Part shown: one piece after another, positions 39,630 through 50,854 of the stretch
Layout: each line of letters begins with the position of its first letter
Position numbering within the stretch: position 1 is the first letter of the stretch
From: Tricharina praecox
Lineage: Eukaryota
Direction of reading: 5' to 3'
NCBI RefSeq assembly: GCF_024521635.1
Contig: NW_026250429.1
Coordinates: forward strand, 62,001-126,000
Length of the DNA: 64,000 nucleotides
Notes under the pieces: generated by a model
What the model was told of the DNA's origin: nothing
Databases searched by the model: none
What the model saw: only the letters and a program-made list of their open reading frames with translations
Program-made: the position numbers and the translations under genes

Positions 39630-41012
39630 ATGGACTAGACTGTGAAGAACATTGGCAGGCTACGAGCATACTATGGTCACGACGAGCTCGAAAGCTTACA
39701 AAGTTATTGAGGATGCAGTTATCTGCGATAAACTGAAAGCCAGAACAATAACAACTCCTTCAGCTCAAAAACTCTTCATCCTCGGCATCTGTCACCTGAC
39801 CACGTCTTCCTCCCCGTCTTTTATGCTCGAAGCTGAATGTTGAACGCATCTAGTAGACAACAAAATAACAACTTCTTCAGCTTTAAGCCACTCCCTCTTC
39901 CTTATCCTCCACCTTTTCCACCTCTACCTCGTCCCCAACTACTACCTCCCCCCGTCTTCATCGCCTTCTTCTTCTCCGCCCCAGCACTGGGCGCCATGCT
40001 CTTTTCGCGTGACCAAGCACCTTCATCTTCTCCCTCCTGGGTAAATCTCATTGGCTTATCGAGGCAGTCAGTGATGATCACTGGCATGGGGTGAGTGCGC
40101 CGGGCGGGGTGGGGGTGGAGGAGGTTGTGACCCACATGTCTAAAAAGCGTAGCTGTGTAAGAAGATTCGCCTCTCCTCCGTTACTCGGAAGCGACAGAGT
40201 CATGATTGACTCCGTATTCATTCTGGAACCGCTTCTTCATCATTCCAGCTCCCGTTCCATCTTGAGCAGCTTGATGGCCAAGGCCTTCTTGCCACCCTTC
40301 GGCACGGATCCGGAGTCGCTCTCCGACTCTGGATCCGTGCTGTCCCGGGCCTTGCGCGCCTTCTTGCGCGCCGGGCGATCGGTCCCGGAAATCTTCCTGC
40401 ACGTTTCGCCGGCGGTCAGGTTGTATGCGTCAAAAGGTTTTTAGTTGTGTCGAGCATTGAGAAGTTATCGTCTGGTTGACGTTGGGGTAATGAAGAGGAA
40501 GGGGTAGAAAGAGGATGTTGATGGTGGAGTAGGGTAGAAAGTGAAAGGAAAGAGGGGAGGTTGATGGTGGTTTATAAAGGAGGGAGAGGGAGAGAAATGA
40601 AGCGTGGGCGGCGAAAACCTGCGGGTAAAACCTAACTCGGTGCGTAGAATTTAATTGCCGTAGCGTTGTGACTGCTGGTGTCTCTACCGTCGAGGCTCGT
40701 CTCTGCCGTCGAGGTCTGTCTTTGCCGCCGAGGCTCGTCTGTGCAGTCGAGGCCTGTCTCTACCGTCGAGGCTTGTCTCTACCGTTGAGGCCTGCTTCTG
40801 CCGTCGAGGCCAGTTTTTGCCATCCAGGTTTGTCTTTGCCGTCGAGGCGTGTCTCTGCCGTCGAGGCTTCTCTCTGCATTCGAGGCGTGTCTCTGCCGTC
40901 GAGGTTTCTCTCTGCATTCGAGGCGTGTCTCTGCCGTCGAGGTTTCTCTCTGCATTCGAGGCGTGTCTCTGCCGTCGAGGCGTGTAGCGGCCGTCGAGGC
41001 TTGTTTCTACCG
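39630..41012 (-). mobile_element. Cassette-family copy with full 21-bp array
   Basis: Array at 40680-41010, header at 40490-40670, Lys/Glu-rich cargo, 3' module at 39675-39740, then hairpin ggctacgagc and TIR-like tggactagactgtgaagaacattg at 39631-39654. Confidence 0.7.
40680..41010 (+). repeat. ~21-bp tandem array (gccgtcgaggc.tgtctct), ~15 copies
   Basis: Read directly; an inverted paralog lies at 50855-51035. Confidence 0.9.
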
Positions 41013-41624
41013 TCGCATCATCCCCCCCTCTCTTCCCCTCCACCATCCCCCTCCTCTGATCAACAGCAACAACACCAACCACCTCCCACCACCATCATCC
41101 CCCTTGCGCTTCCCCAGCATCAACCCGCTCCACTGTTCAACAACAACGACACCAATCACCCGCGATTCTTCCTCTCTTCGTTAGCTGGTACCCGAGAAGA
41201 AAAATGCCAAACCTCAACTTGGACGCCGAATCCGACAGCTCTTCGGAGGTGTCTTCTGCGGGCGGCCTGCTGTAAGCTCACTTTCCCTTTACCTTGTGAG
41301 ACCAGCCCCACTGGAACAGTATGCTGACCTACCCAGCAGGGACTCCCGTCATGACGACTTCGAGGGCATCTTCACGGTTGGTATCGGTCACTGGGGTATG
41401 TCCACTGCACCTTCGCGCAACAGTCGTTGATGATCATGCTGACGGAGTTCACAAGAGGCGGCTCGTATGGCGGAGGAGGGCTACGCCCACATCGGCGGTG
41501 AATCTCCCTGCACCTTCGGCACCTGCATCTGCAGCATTGTTAGCACCATCGTACGTGTCGGGTACGGACTGGTGACCCTCGCGAAGGAGACTTTTGGATG
41601 TTGAGGAGCCGGCTTGCTCAGTCA

Positions 41625-41790
41625 ATGGAAATCGGCAACGGAAAATGGGGGGTTAAGAATTTGTGATCGTCTATCTGTTGTGTGGCGCCTGGGATACTTT
41701 CAGTTGTCTGTAATGAGCCGGCGTGCTCGAAAATGGCAATCGAAAATGGAAAACTGGGTGGTTAGGAATTTGTGATCGTGTCTCTGTTAC
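41625..41790 (+). repeat. Imperfect direct repeat pair
   Basis: ggcaa..gaaaatgg..ggtta.gaatttgtgatcgt.t.tctgtt at ~41635 and ~41735. Confidence 0.65.
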
Positions 41791-43199
41791 CTGGTGTCTC
41801 GATGGGCTTTTAAGATGAAAATTGCGGATACTTTCGGTATTCTCTCCTCTACGTGTGCTCGATTCTTGCTGCTATGTACCGCTGTTGAAGGTGTTAAATT
41901 GACAATCCCATGTTTCTCTACCTTTCTGTTCCCCGAACTGCTACAACGTGAAAACCCACGTTCCCTCCACTTTTCATCCGTGAATCCTCAACATTCTCTA
42001 CGTCGCATGCGTCTACGACATCCGCACCTCCGATGGTAGTCCTCTCATCGTGCGGAATTGTCCGCATATCTCCTGCCTACAGTTCGCCAGCGGCACGACG
42101 TGTCACTCGTTTTGGTAGTCGCACGATTATGTCTCTTGCTCCTGAGTGTCTACGTGAGGATGGTAAGACCATTACCCACGCGATGGAATAGATCCTTCTA
42201 GCCGCACGTTGAGACGTCGTGCGGAAGTGTCTGGTTATCCGCAGATTTCATCGAAGCTGATCATGGCTGCGTCTCTGCCCAAACCGATGAACTGATGATG
42301 CCGCGGATTCCCGCAACTTCCGGAGGATATCAAGTATCAAGCCCCGATTACCTACTCATGTTTGGATGGTATGCTACCCAGGTCGCGTCAGTCTCCCGCC
42401 CGGGGTGGCTCATCATGAAGCAAGAAGGTAGGAGTAGTGTGAGGAACAGCAGGTGGTAAGATTACATGTCCCTTCAAGCTTCAGCTGTAATATTTCTCGA
42501 TACTGCTCGATACTGCCAGAGCACTCCTGGCGTACCGCAAGGCAGCTTCAACCACCCTTCCTCTGATGTCATCAAGCAAACACAATTTGAAGGACGAGTG
42601 AGATCACATGTTCCTGTAAATAGAAAAGCGCAAGTTCTCCGAGTCTTTCAAAGGTTGACTGGCTGAAATTTCCATGATTTAACACCAACGGAGCGGGGTG
42701 ATTCTAAGGAGGTTTTTTATACGAAATCAGATAAATCAGAACATTGCAGCCAGCTCATTTTCTTCCTGCTAGATCTTCCGGCCAACTGATTCTTCACAGC
42801 TACACCACACGTTTTCCTCCTTACTTCACCAGACAAATCGGATTTGATCGTACGTTCCTCTTGAATCTTCATTCTCATCATCTTTCCAGTTTCTTCCCCT
42901 CACACTCTCCGCCGTCCTTGAGCACCCATCCACGCTGCGGCGGTCCATCCATCCATCCATCCATTCACCCATTCACCCATTCCGCACGATTGCGCTGACA
43001 TTCTTACCTCCACCCTTCTAGAGCTCATTGTACTCGTCCACCCTGAATCTTACTCGTTAAAACCCAGCTACACTCGACATCTCCCCTGCTCCCTTGTCCA
43101 ATCGCTATTACGACCTCCCACTGACCTTCGCTCCCCCGGACGCCTGTTCTAATCAATCGTGCACAGCCACCCTTCAAGACTCGTCACCCAAGACTCAAG

Positions 43200-44317
43200 A
43201 TGTCCGCAGAGCAGTATTCGCAGATCTCTCCCGGTGACCGTGCGATCCTCGGGAGGTACGTACTACCACATCCCGCTTTGGTCTTCGATGATGTATGTAA
43301 GGCTAACGATACATCCCCAGCTTGTTCGCCAGCGGCACAGTGAGGCGGCTTGGAGATACGTTGGACGCCAACGCTGCCCAGCAGCAGGGGAGCGCGACCG
43401 CGCAGTCGGGCGAGGCGGGCAACGGCCGGGTTGGTCTGGCTGAGCTCGATGTTAACCGTTCCAGAGATGAGCACGGATCTGATAACTGGCGTGTCCTGCG
43501 CCTGCAGGGAGTCTATGGGCTGGGAGTTGCAGAAGACAACACCACCGCTGCACAACAGATAGTGGTGTTCCCTGCGGAACCGGAGGCGGCTGGCGAACGC
43601 TACGATGGCATAATACGCGATTTGGATTTCAACGGCAGTGATCATGACTCGGGCACCCACGGCGTACAGGGTCTACCGGGAGAGACCAGTGGGAAGAGTG
43701 AAGAAGCCAAGGCTATCGAGATGCAAGAGGTCGCCCTCGAACAATGGATGTCGCTTCGCGACGTGGCCATGCGCGATTCTGGAGTGATCCACGACGGCAG
43801 CCTTGATCGCGGCTCGGAGAGTCTCGGTGTCGAGAGAGTCCCAGTTAATCCCGCATCCGACGTTGATGATGGCAGTTGCACAGCTGCACACGGGGAGGAA
43901 CACGATCTCGAGCAGGGATCCACCACCGACGCCAATACTGTGTCTCTGCAGTTGACCCAGATGCAAAATTCACACCGGAATATCTCGCTGTACGGTACCA
44001 CACCCAGCGTCACCTCGCCCTTCGTACAGAACTACCAGCTGCAGAGCGAGCTGAATTACAACGAGTACGTCAGGCAATTCAACACCCGTCCGGGGGCGAT
44101 CCACGGTGCGGAGGATGATCGCCGTCTGCCGGACGATCTTTACCACGCTCACCTGCGTGACGTTTACGTCCATCCCGCTCACCCTCACGCCCGGTCCCCA
44201 ATTTCGGATTCGAAAGTGAGCTGTCGTATCGGATGGTGGGTCTTCTGGATCGTCGCAATCGCCCTGGTTGTCGTGCCGCCCGCTATTGTTCTGGCCATTT
44301 TCACCCACGATCAATAA
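43200..44317 (+). CDS. Hypothetical acidic/disordered protein with a C-terminal transmembrane anchor, 2 exons
   Basis: ATG at 43200 (MSAEQYSQISPGDRAILG), intron gtacgt..ctaac..cag (43256-43320), 331-codon open frame ending WWVFWIVAIALVVVPPAIVLAIFTHDQ. Confidence 0.75.
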
Positions 44318-45011
44318 TAGGTTTTTAGTCTAACCTGAATAACCAGCCGGTTATCTAGTTCAAACTTGCCGATCAGTGTAGTGTCGCCTTCAAGTGTCGG
44401 TTGCTTTGCGTCGCTGTGCATGGGTTGGTGTAGAGTAGATGGTCGCTCTTCATGTCTCGGGCCTGTTTGTATTTGATCTCTCTGTACTTCTGGGAACACG
44501 TACTAGTACGGCATTGGGAAATGAAATTTGTCTATCTAAACCACTTCTGTTGCTTATTTTTGTGTATCTCTTCTTGATAACGTCAGATAGTTAATACACC
44601 ATCGAGACTTCTGTCCTTCAAAATCTCCCTCTCTCTGTCTCTACCGCGTTCCCCCTTCGCACGACCTCCTCTTTTCCGCTCCGCCCAAACGACATCTGTG
44701 ATGGGTGGACAGAGGCAGAGTACCATTATCGTTCAGATTTTCCGCATATAGTTACCGTAGGTTGCACAAAGACTTTCAGGTTTTCCTCGTATCGGCAGAG
44801 TATCGGTTGCACAAACACTTCCCGGCTCGATTGGCTTTCCCGAGCATACCGGTGATTCCTTGCATTCTCTCGCTACACACGGCCAACTCTTATCACAGCC
44901 CAGTGCAGGTTTGCAACACCTTCTGCATGCGGCTGCTGAGCTGATGTTTACCCCGCTCTTAGCACGGCACCTCCGGTCACTGCTCAGAGTCCGGAGGGCA
45001 TCCAATCCGTG

Positions 45012-45018
45012 TATAAAT
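45012..45018 (+). promoter_or_regulatory. TATA-like box followed by a CT-rich tract
   Basis: tataaat followed by ccttccctctcttttctctctttctccc, typical of filamentous-fungal core promoters; lies upstream of the ribozyme-containing unit. Confidence 0.45.
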
Positions 45019-45080
45019 GACCGCCATTCCTACGCCCTTCCCTCTCTTTTCTCTCTTTCTCCCCCATTGACACCACCGCG

Positions 45081-45645
45081 ATGAAGCCTTCGATAGAAAG
45101 ACCGTAAAAACCGGAACCCCGGGGCCCACCCCCAGACGCACGCCTGCCCCCCGCCCGCCGTCCTCCACAAGCCCGGCTCTCTCAATGTGACCATCCGGTC
45201 CCCCGGCGCGCTTGCGCGGCCCGCCCTCGCACGCCCACGTCTGCATCTGTGTCCCCTCTCCGTCCTCTCCCTGTTCAGGTCCGTTCTACGTCGCCCTGCT
45301 TCGATCGCCATGTCGTCCGCCACCTCGTATGGAGTTACCGTTAAACCCCGACACCGATCGGTAGAGACCCTACTCCTTCCCGCCCCTGTGACGTGCACCC
45401 GGTACGCGTAACGTGTCCCTGCACCCAGCTGGGACGCTCCGTTCTACCGTTCGGGGGCGGATATGCTAATCTCCTTTCGGTGTCGGCCGGGTTGGCAGCC
45501 CGAGCCCTGACGATGGTCGCCTTTGAGGCCGAAACACCGTGATTTTAGGTTCGAGGGTTGGTCGCTTCGGGGCGACGTAGTGCTGGCTGTGAAGTATGCG
45601 AGGCGCAGCGGATTGGTTGCGGCGGGTAGAATGGTACGTAGATAG
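45081..45645 (+). CDS. Predicted small spliced ORF (~80 aa) or non-coding host transcript with two introns (45103-45278, 45402-45548)
   Basis: Joining exons at gtaaaa..ttcag and gtacgc..gctaat..tttag gives one open frame MKPSIERPSVLRRPASIAMSSATSYG..VTCTRFEGWSLRGDVVLAVKYARRSGLVAAGRMVRR*. No recognisable homology. Confidence 0.35.
45478..45539 (+). ncRNA. Type III hammerhead ribozyme
   Basis: Stem III cggtgt/acaccg. GUC cleavage triplet (cut after 45484). Stem I ggc+cgggt/gcccg+gcc with a bulged A. Core CUGACGA at 45507-45513 plus an extra U. Stem II ggtc/ggcc with loop gcctttga. GAAA at 45531-45534. Confidence 0.87.
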
Positions 45646-46870
45646 AAACCTGAAGCAATAGATGATCTGCTGTGTTCGTTAATAAAAATCGCCCGAGCGT
45701 CGATGATTATGCGCGATTAAGTGACCGTACTTGATATGTGATATTTCTCGTCGCACAGTATGGGATGAACGAACACTCACATCGACTCCCTTGGGCATTG
45801 AATCCCTCCCATTTTGTGGAGCCTTCCACTGCGATCCCATGTTGTTTCCCAAGTTCAGGCTTCAACCGTTCGCTCCATCAATCCCAGCGCTTTCCCGCAC
45901 GTAAGCCGTTGCCCAATGTTGCACATGTACGTATGTAGTACATACCAAGCCCCGCACCTCAGTACACACGTAATGAGCACGATACGGTCAAGTCTCGATG
46001 TTGTTGCCACACCCGGCACGAACGTCGTCGGCTACCCACAATCCTCCCATATAGCCGTACCGTGTATCGGCTCGTGATAGCATACGACGAAGGGCTATCA
46101 TCTCGCAAGGAAGTCGGTTGTGCCGGTATCGGATTCCTCGGCCCCGTACCTGTGGCATCGATGTCAGCATCAGTGTCAGCATCGCACGGGACGGACGGGG
46201 AGGGAGGCGCGAACTCTACGATAGTGGGGCTCGCTGTACGCGAAGACCTTCGCAGCTGGATTCGAGGAATAAGAGATTCGAGGGATGGGAGGTGGCCTGG
46301 CGTGGCGGGCGCGGTTGGCGTGATGGCGAGTGTGTGCTGGACTGCTGGACGGTGAGGAGTTGGGAGGAGTAGGAAGGAGTAAAGCAGCGTCTGCCATCGT
46401 TGCTGGCTCCCGATACGACTACGACTACCACCAGCACCAGCACCAGCACCGTCGTTCGTCTCCACCATTCGTGCGTATGTGCACTGCGCGCGGGCTTCGC
46501 CGTGAGCGGGAACCTTTTGTTCCGTTTCGCTTAATCGTGCACATCCCGAATCCCTGCCAAAGCGAGCGAGAATCGAAGACACGAGTGAGGTTCTGTGTAC
46601 TACGACTGCAGAATTGCTTTTGACGTACCGGAGGAAGCAAGTAATCGGACATTTTCATGGCCTGTGGGATCGACCGAATAGAGATTTACACAGAGATTTA
46701 CCGATATACACATTGAGATTCACTGAGATTCACATTGAGAGTTGCATAAAGATTTGCACAGTTTCAAGTTTCGGGCAAGAATGTTTATTATTTGCTATCT
46801 TGCGCGCGCGGAGGCCGGAAGATACAAATGAAAAAGGTCCTGACCGATGAACGTGATTTTCTGACCCCAA

Positions 46871-47690
46871 TTACTCCGTTGACATGCCGGCGACACAGCT
46901 GATGCCCTGCGTACCCGGGGCCGGCTGATCTCCCACATCCGTGTGGATGTAATGTTGGTAGATGAGGGCGGGAACGTTGAGGTTATTCGCATCTTGATTG
47001 TTGGTGGCCTGGTCGGGATCTTGGTGGTTCACATTATCCCCATCGTGATCCTTCTTGTCGACGAGCTTAGCGGGATAGTTGTTGGTATTCTTGATGAGAC
47101 CATCGTCGGTACCCACGATAACCTCCTTGACTTCAGTCTTTTTGGGAGAAGGCTGGATGTCGTCCGCGACCTTGGGATCGTGTTCGACACTCTCGACAGA
47201 GGACTTCTTGACAACGTTGATCACATCCTGCGGGACATTATTGACATCGGTACGCTCCAGCAGCGTCATGGGGCGAACATTGACAGCATTCATGGGCGAG
47301 CTAGACACATCAGCATCTACTCATCACGAGCCAACCAGCAGGAGACAGGAGACAACACATACGCTGGCTGGATACGGGGGTTGGACACCCATGGCATGGG
47401 GACCGCGGCCGCAAGGCCAGCTCCGGCCACATGCACGACATTCATCGGTTGGCCGATTACCATAGCTGGGCGTTCAACTTCTTTGTCGGTCTTGAACAAG
47501 GCAAGCTTGTCCCCACCCTTCTTGACGACCTTCTTGATGGACTTCCCGGACTTGTGGCTGGCAGCCTTGATGAGCTCCTTGAGCTCTGCGAAGTGAGGCA
47601 GTTAGTACACATGAGAGTACGGAGTGGGTGAGGGCGACGAACTATGGATATGCTCGCGAATTTTGGGCATATTTGTTGTTTTTGGGGGTG
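46871..47690 (-). CDS. Hypothetical protein with CRIB/PBD-like motif, 3 exons
   Basis: Splicing gttcgt..ctaac..cag and gtatgt..ctgat..tag gives MPKIREHIHKLKELIKAASHK..PAMVIGQPMNVVHVAGAG..SPMNAVNVRPM..AGMSTE*. Confidence 0.6.
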
Positions 47691-48179
47691 ATTGGATTTT
47701 GTGAAGATTATTGAAAAGCTCAAAGTTAATTGAAGTAGTAGGATACTCCAATGTCGTTGTGTCCTGGTTATCTGAAGGGATAAGTAAAAGGAAAGGAGGA
47801 AGAAGACGAAAGGAAGCAACCCTTTTATTGAGGGCCGAGGCGTCGTAGGGTAAAACCCTTTGTGTTTTGGGCAAACCTACTCACGATCGTGAAGTCCCGC
47901 TAGCTGTGTTTTGTCGGCGAAATTATACATAGAATTGTCCCCGTGATGGTGGGGTAAAGTGGTTTTGACATCGAGTGAGTGCGGGAGGCAGGCACAAGGA
48001 GCCAGTACGTGAATCCGGAATCCTCCACCAACGTGCGTCACAGGCGCGGCTTGGCAGACGATAGAGAGATTCGGATATACTAAAACATATGTAACCACCT
48101 TTATGGACAAGATATGGAAATACAGGAGGTCATCACGCTCATAGCATGAGATATCACGGTGGAGCGTGTGAAGCAACCG

Positions 48180-48512
48180 TGATCATTTACTGTGAACCCC
48201 GCGCCCTCACCAAACGTGCTGCACAGAGACTCCAGCTCGCTCCGCAAGTGGGCATACGTCAACCGTTACATGGTAGAATACACTAAGTGATCCATTAGGC
48301 AGGGCATAATCGGTCCCCAATCAATCCCTCAGACTCATGCCAGCACTTGTGGTAATTGTAGACGACTACTACTTTGGGTCAACCGTACTATTCGTGCGGA
48401 CAGGACTCTTACTCGCACGATTACCATTGGCCTCGTAAGCGTGTCGGGTAACTATGATCCTTTACTGTGAGCCCCGCGCCCCTCATCGAATGTGCCCCAG
48501 CTCACTCCGCAA
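48180..48512 (+). repeat. ~65-bp direct repeat pair
   Basis: gatc.tttactgtga.ccccgcgccc.tca..aa.gtgc..ccagctc.ctccgcaa at 48181 and 48457. Confidence 0.7.
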
Positions 48513-50854
48513 ATCGGGATAGCTCACGGTTTGGCAAGCCGTCTTACTACTTCACGTGCGCAGCGATTGTTGGAAGTTGAAGTTATGTATGTCACAGAGC
48601 ACGAATTACTATGGTCAAAGAACGACGGTGTGATATAAAAGCTTAATTCGCATCCACTTATACTGCTTCAGACTAGACTGCTTCCAACTCACTCGGTGCT
48701 GTTTTACCAGGAACGTGACTACGTTATTTTCAACCGGGGCGTGGCGGGATGTGGACTCGCTTGTGGTGGTGACTCCCGCTGCGGCTCTGGCTGAGGTGGT
48801 TGGGGCGGTATCGGCAAGCCCATACGATGCGGCGGAGTGGGAATTTGCAGGGCTGCTAACTTCGAATTGCCGCCGTCCCCGCCGCTGTTAGGAATCGAAG
48901 ACAAATCCGCGAATAGCTCATCAAACTTGGTAATGCTTTGAATGTGTTGGGATCTACGGCAGCAGCCACTTATCTAATCTAGGAACCGGTCTTTTGATAT
49001 TTCACTAGTTGCAGCCCTACACGCAACTAGCGCTACAAACGTCACAAGCTTCTTGCCCCCTCCCATTTGTTGGAAGTAGCGGCGAAAGTGGGGCACATTC
49101 TAGGATGTTGCCCTAGACTGCGCACCACGCGCCACTTATAAAAGGGTAGTTCTTCTTTTCACAACATACTTCGTCCTCCATCCTTCTTCCTTCATCTATC
49201 CTCTTTCATCATTCTGGCATTCTTCATCCTTCACCAACAAATATTCGGTAAGTTACCACGAATCCCAAAGAAACATGGCACACATCGACATGTCCCTTTT
49301 TAACATCACCAGCAATTCTTTTCTTCGCCACTTCATGATTTGCGGCTGTTCTTCGGCTTGCCCTGCACGGAATAATTTCCAAAGCGCAGCTCGTTTTCTC
49401 CGTGATGGAGGTTTTACCTCCACCGTGTGCGTACCATGGTGCGCATATTAAGTAATACCCCATCCTACCAAGCCGCCCGGATTCTTAACATTAATAATCC
49501 CGACGTTTAGAAAAACTGCCTACAAGACCCATTACTAGTGCCACGCCTCCCCTGACTGGATTCAAGACCCGACCGGTGGGGGCGCTCTGCGGATGTGGAC
49601 CTCAACTATACCCTGGTGGTGGTCATGCAGTTGCGCAAGGTATGCTACTCTCGGCCGATGTTCCATTTACTGTTTCATGCTCACATGCTTCTAGTGCTGT
49701 GATCACCCCCACCTTCTGCCACGCGCAGAACCACATCGCCCAGAAATACAGAGCATTGCGGATCACTCCGCTACGATCATGTTTCAGGTTTGGACGACTG
49801 GATGGCACCACCCCATAGCCAGACGAAACCTCGGCATCAGACTGTTCAATAATGGCCCCAATTACAAGATCACCCTGATCTCGACTGGCGCCGGAGGATT
49901 GGGAATCAACCTGGCACTGTGTTTGATGTCATATTTGGTCCGCCTGAAGTGCGAGGGGCCCCCAGAGAATTACTCCGAGGCATGCTCCGATGACGAGGAC
50001 TCCGAGGATGCCGCAGAGAATACTCTGCGGCACACCGATGACGAGGACTCCGAGGAGGCTTACTTCTACTGGAGCCATATTTCCGCTTCCTATCCTCATC
50101 TGGCGGTGCCTCCGTCAGCCACAGCGTCTGGACTTGCAAATCAGCAAGTGAGTCCGAAACTCACAGGGATTAAAGGGACCCCTACCACACCCGCGATGTC
50201 TACAGTCCACTAAAGAACCTCGTCCCAAGTTTTCAAATGAGAACAGGGATTCCAGTCTCCGAAAGGCTACAGAACAAGATGAATCGTCGAAGGCCTTGAA
50301 ACACCCAGGAGGCGAAGGCAAAGGAGGAGATAGCAAAGGGACCTTCAACAAAGCATAACTCGGTGGTGACGATCCGTGAAACGGAATGACGCTGGACCGC
50401 TTGAAACTTGAAGGTACTGCTTTGCCAGGGTATTGGAACGACATCTTGTATAGTTTAATACAAAACCTCAGTCAAGGGTTGTTGAAATACCAGCAGTATA
50501 CGGAGGCGTGGGTGGTCAGCGGCGACGGCGCCGATAGGGCGTTGGCGGAGGCAGGTGGTGCCGGCAGGTAGTCGCCGGCATGATATACGAGTCGGTAGAT
50601 AACGGTCAACGCAAAGGCAACTCTCATACATATCATCCGTTCGAAACTCCGTGCCTTTCAACAATTCAGCTGCTCTCTCAATTGTTGGATATGTGCTAAG
50701 ATGCCGAGAATGTGGAAGGCGGCTCGGTTTGCGTATGCGCGGTGGGGAGGATAGAGGCCCATGCGAGGACGCGCTCACCCAACAGTGGTGTGGCCTGCGG
50801 TCGGAACTCGTGGGGCTACACATAGCAGGTCTAGTGCAGATATAGCTGGACCTC

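Noticed and set aside
40680..41010. CRISPR-like array (also 50855-51035)
   Set aside because: Units are contiguous with no unique spacers, there are no cas genes, and the context is eukaryotic; it is a minisatellite.
40668..41327. 219-aa Cys/Arg-rich ORF (and 50455-51075)
   Set aside because: Translation of the 21-bp array.
45120..45200. Twister- or HDV-like ribozyme (cctccac / caagcccgg motifs)
   Set aside because: I could not build the required P3/pseudoknot pairings or find the twister UAA cleavage motif.
44940..45480. Telomerase RNA or RNase P/MRP RNA
   Set aside because: No CTAACCCT-type template and no recognisable P4 consensus motifs.
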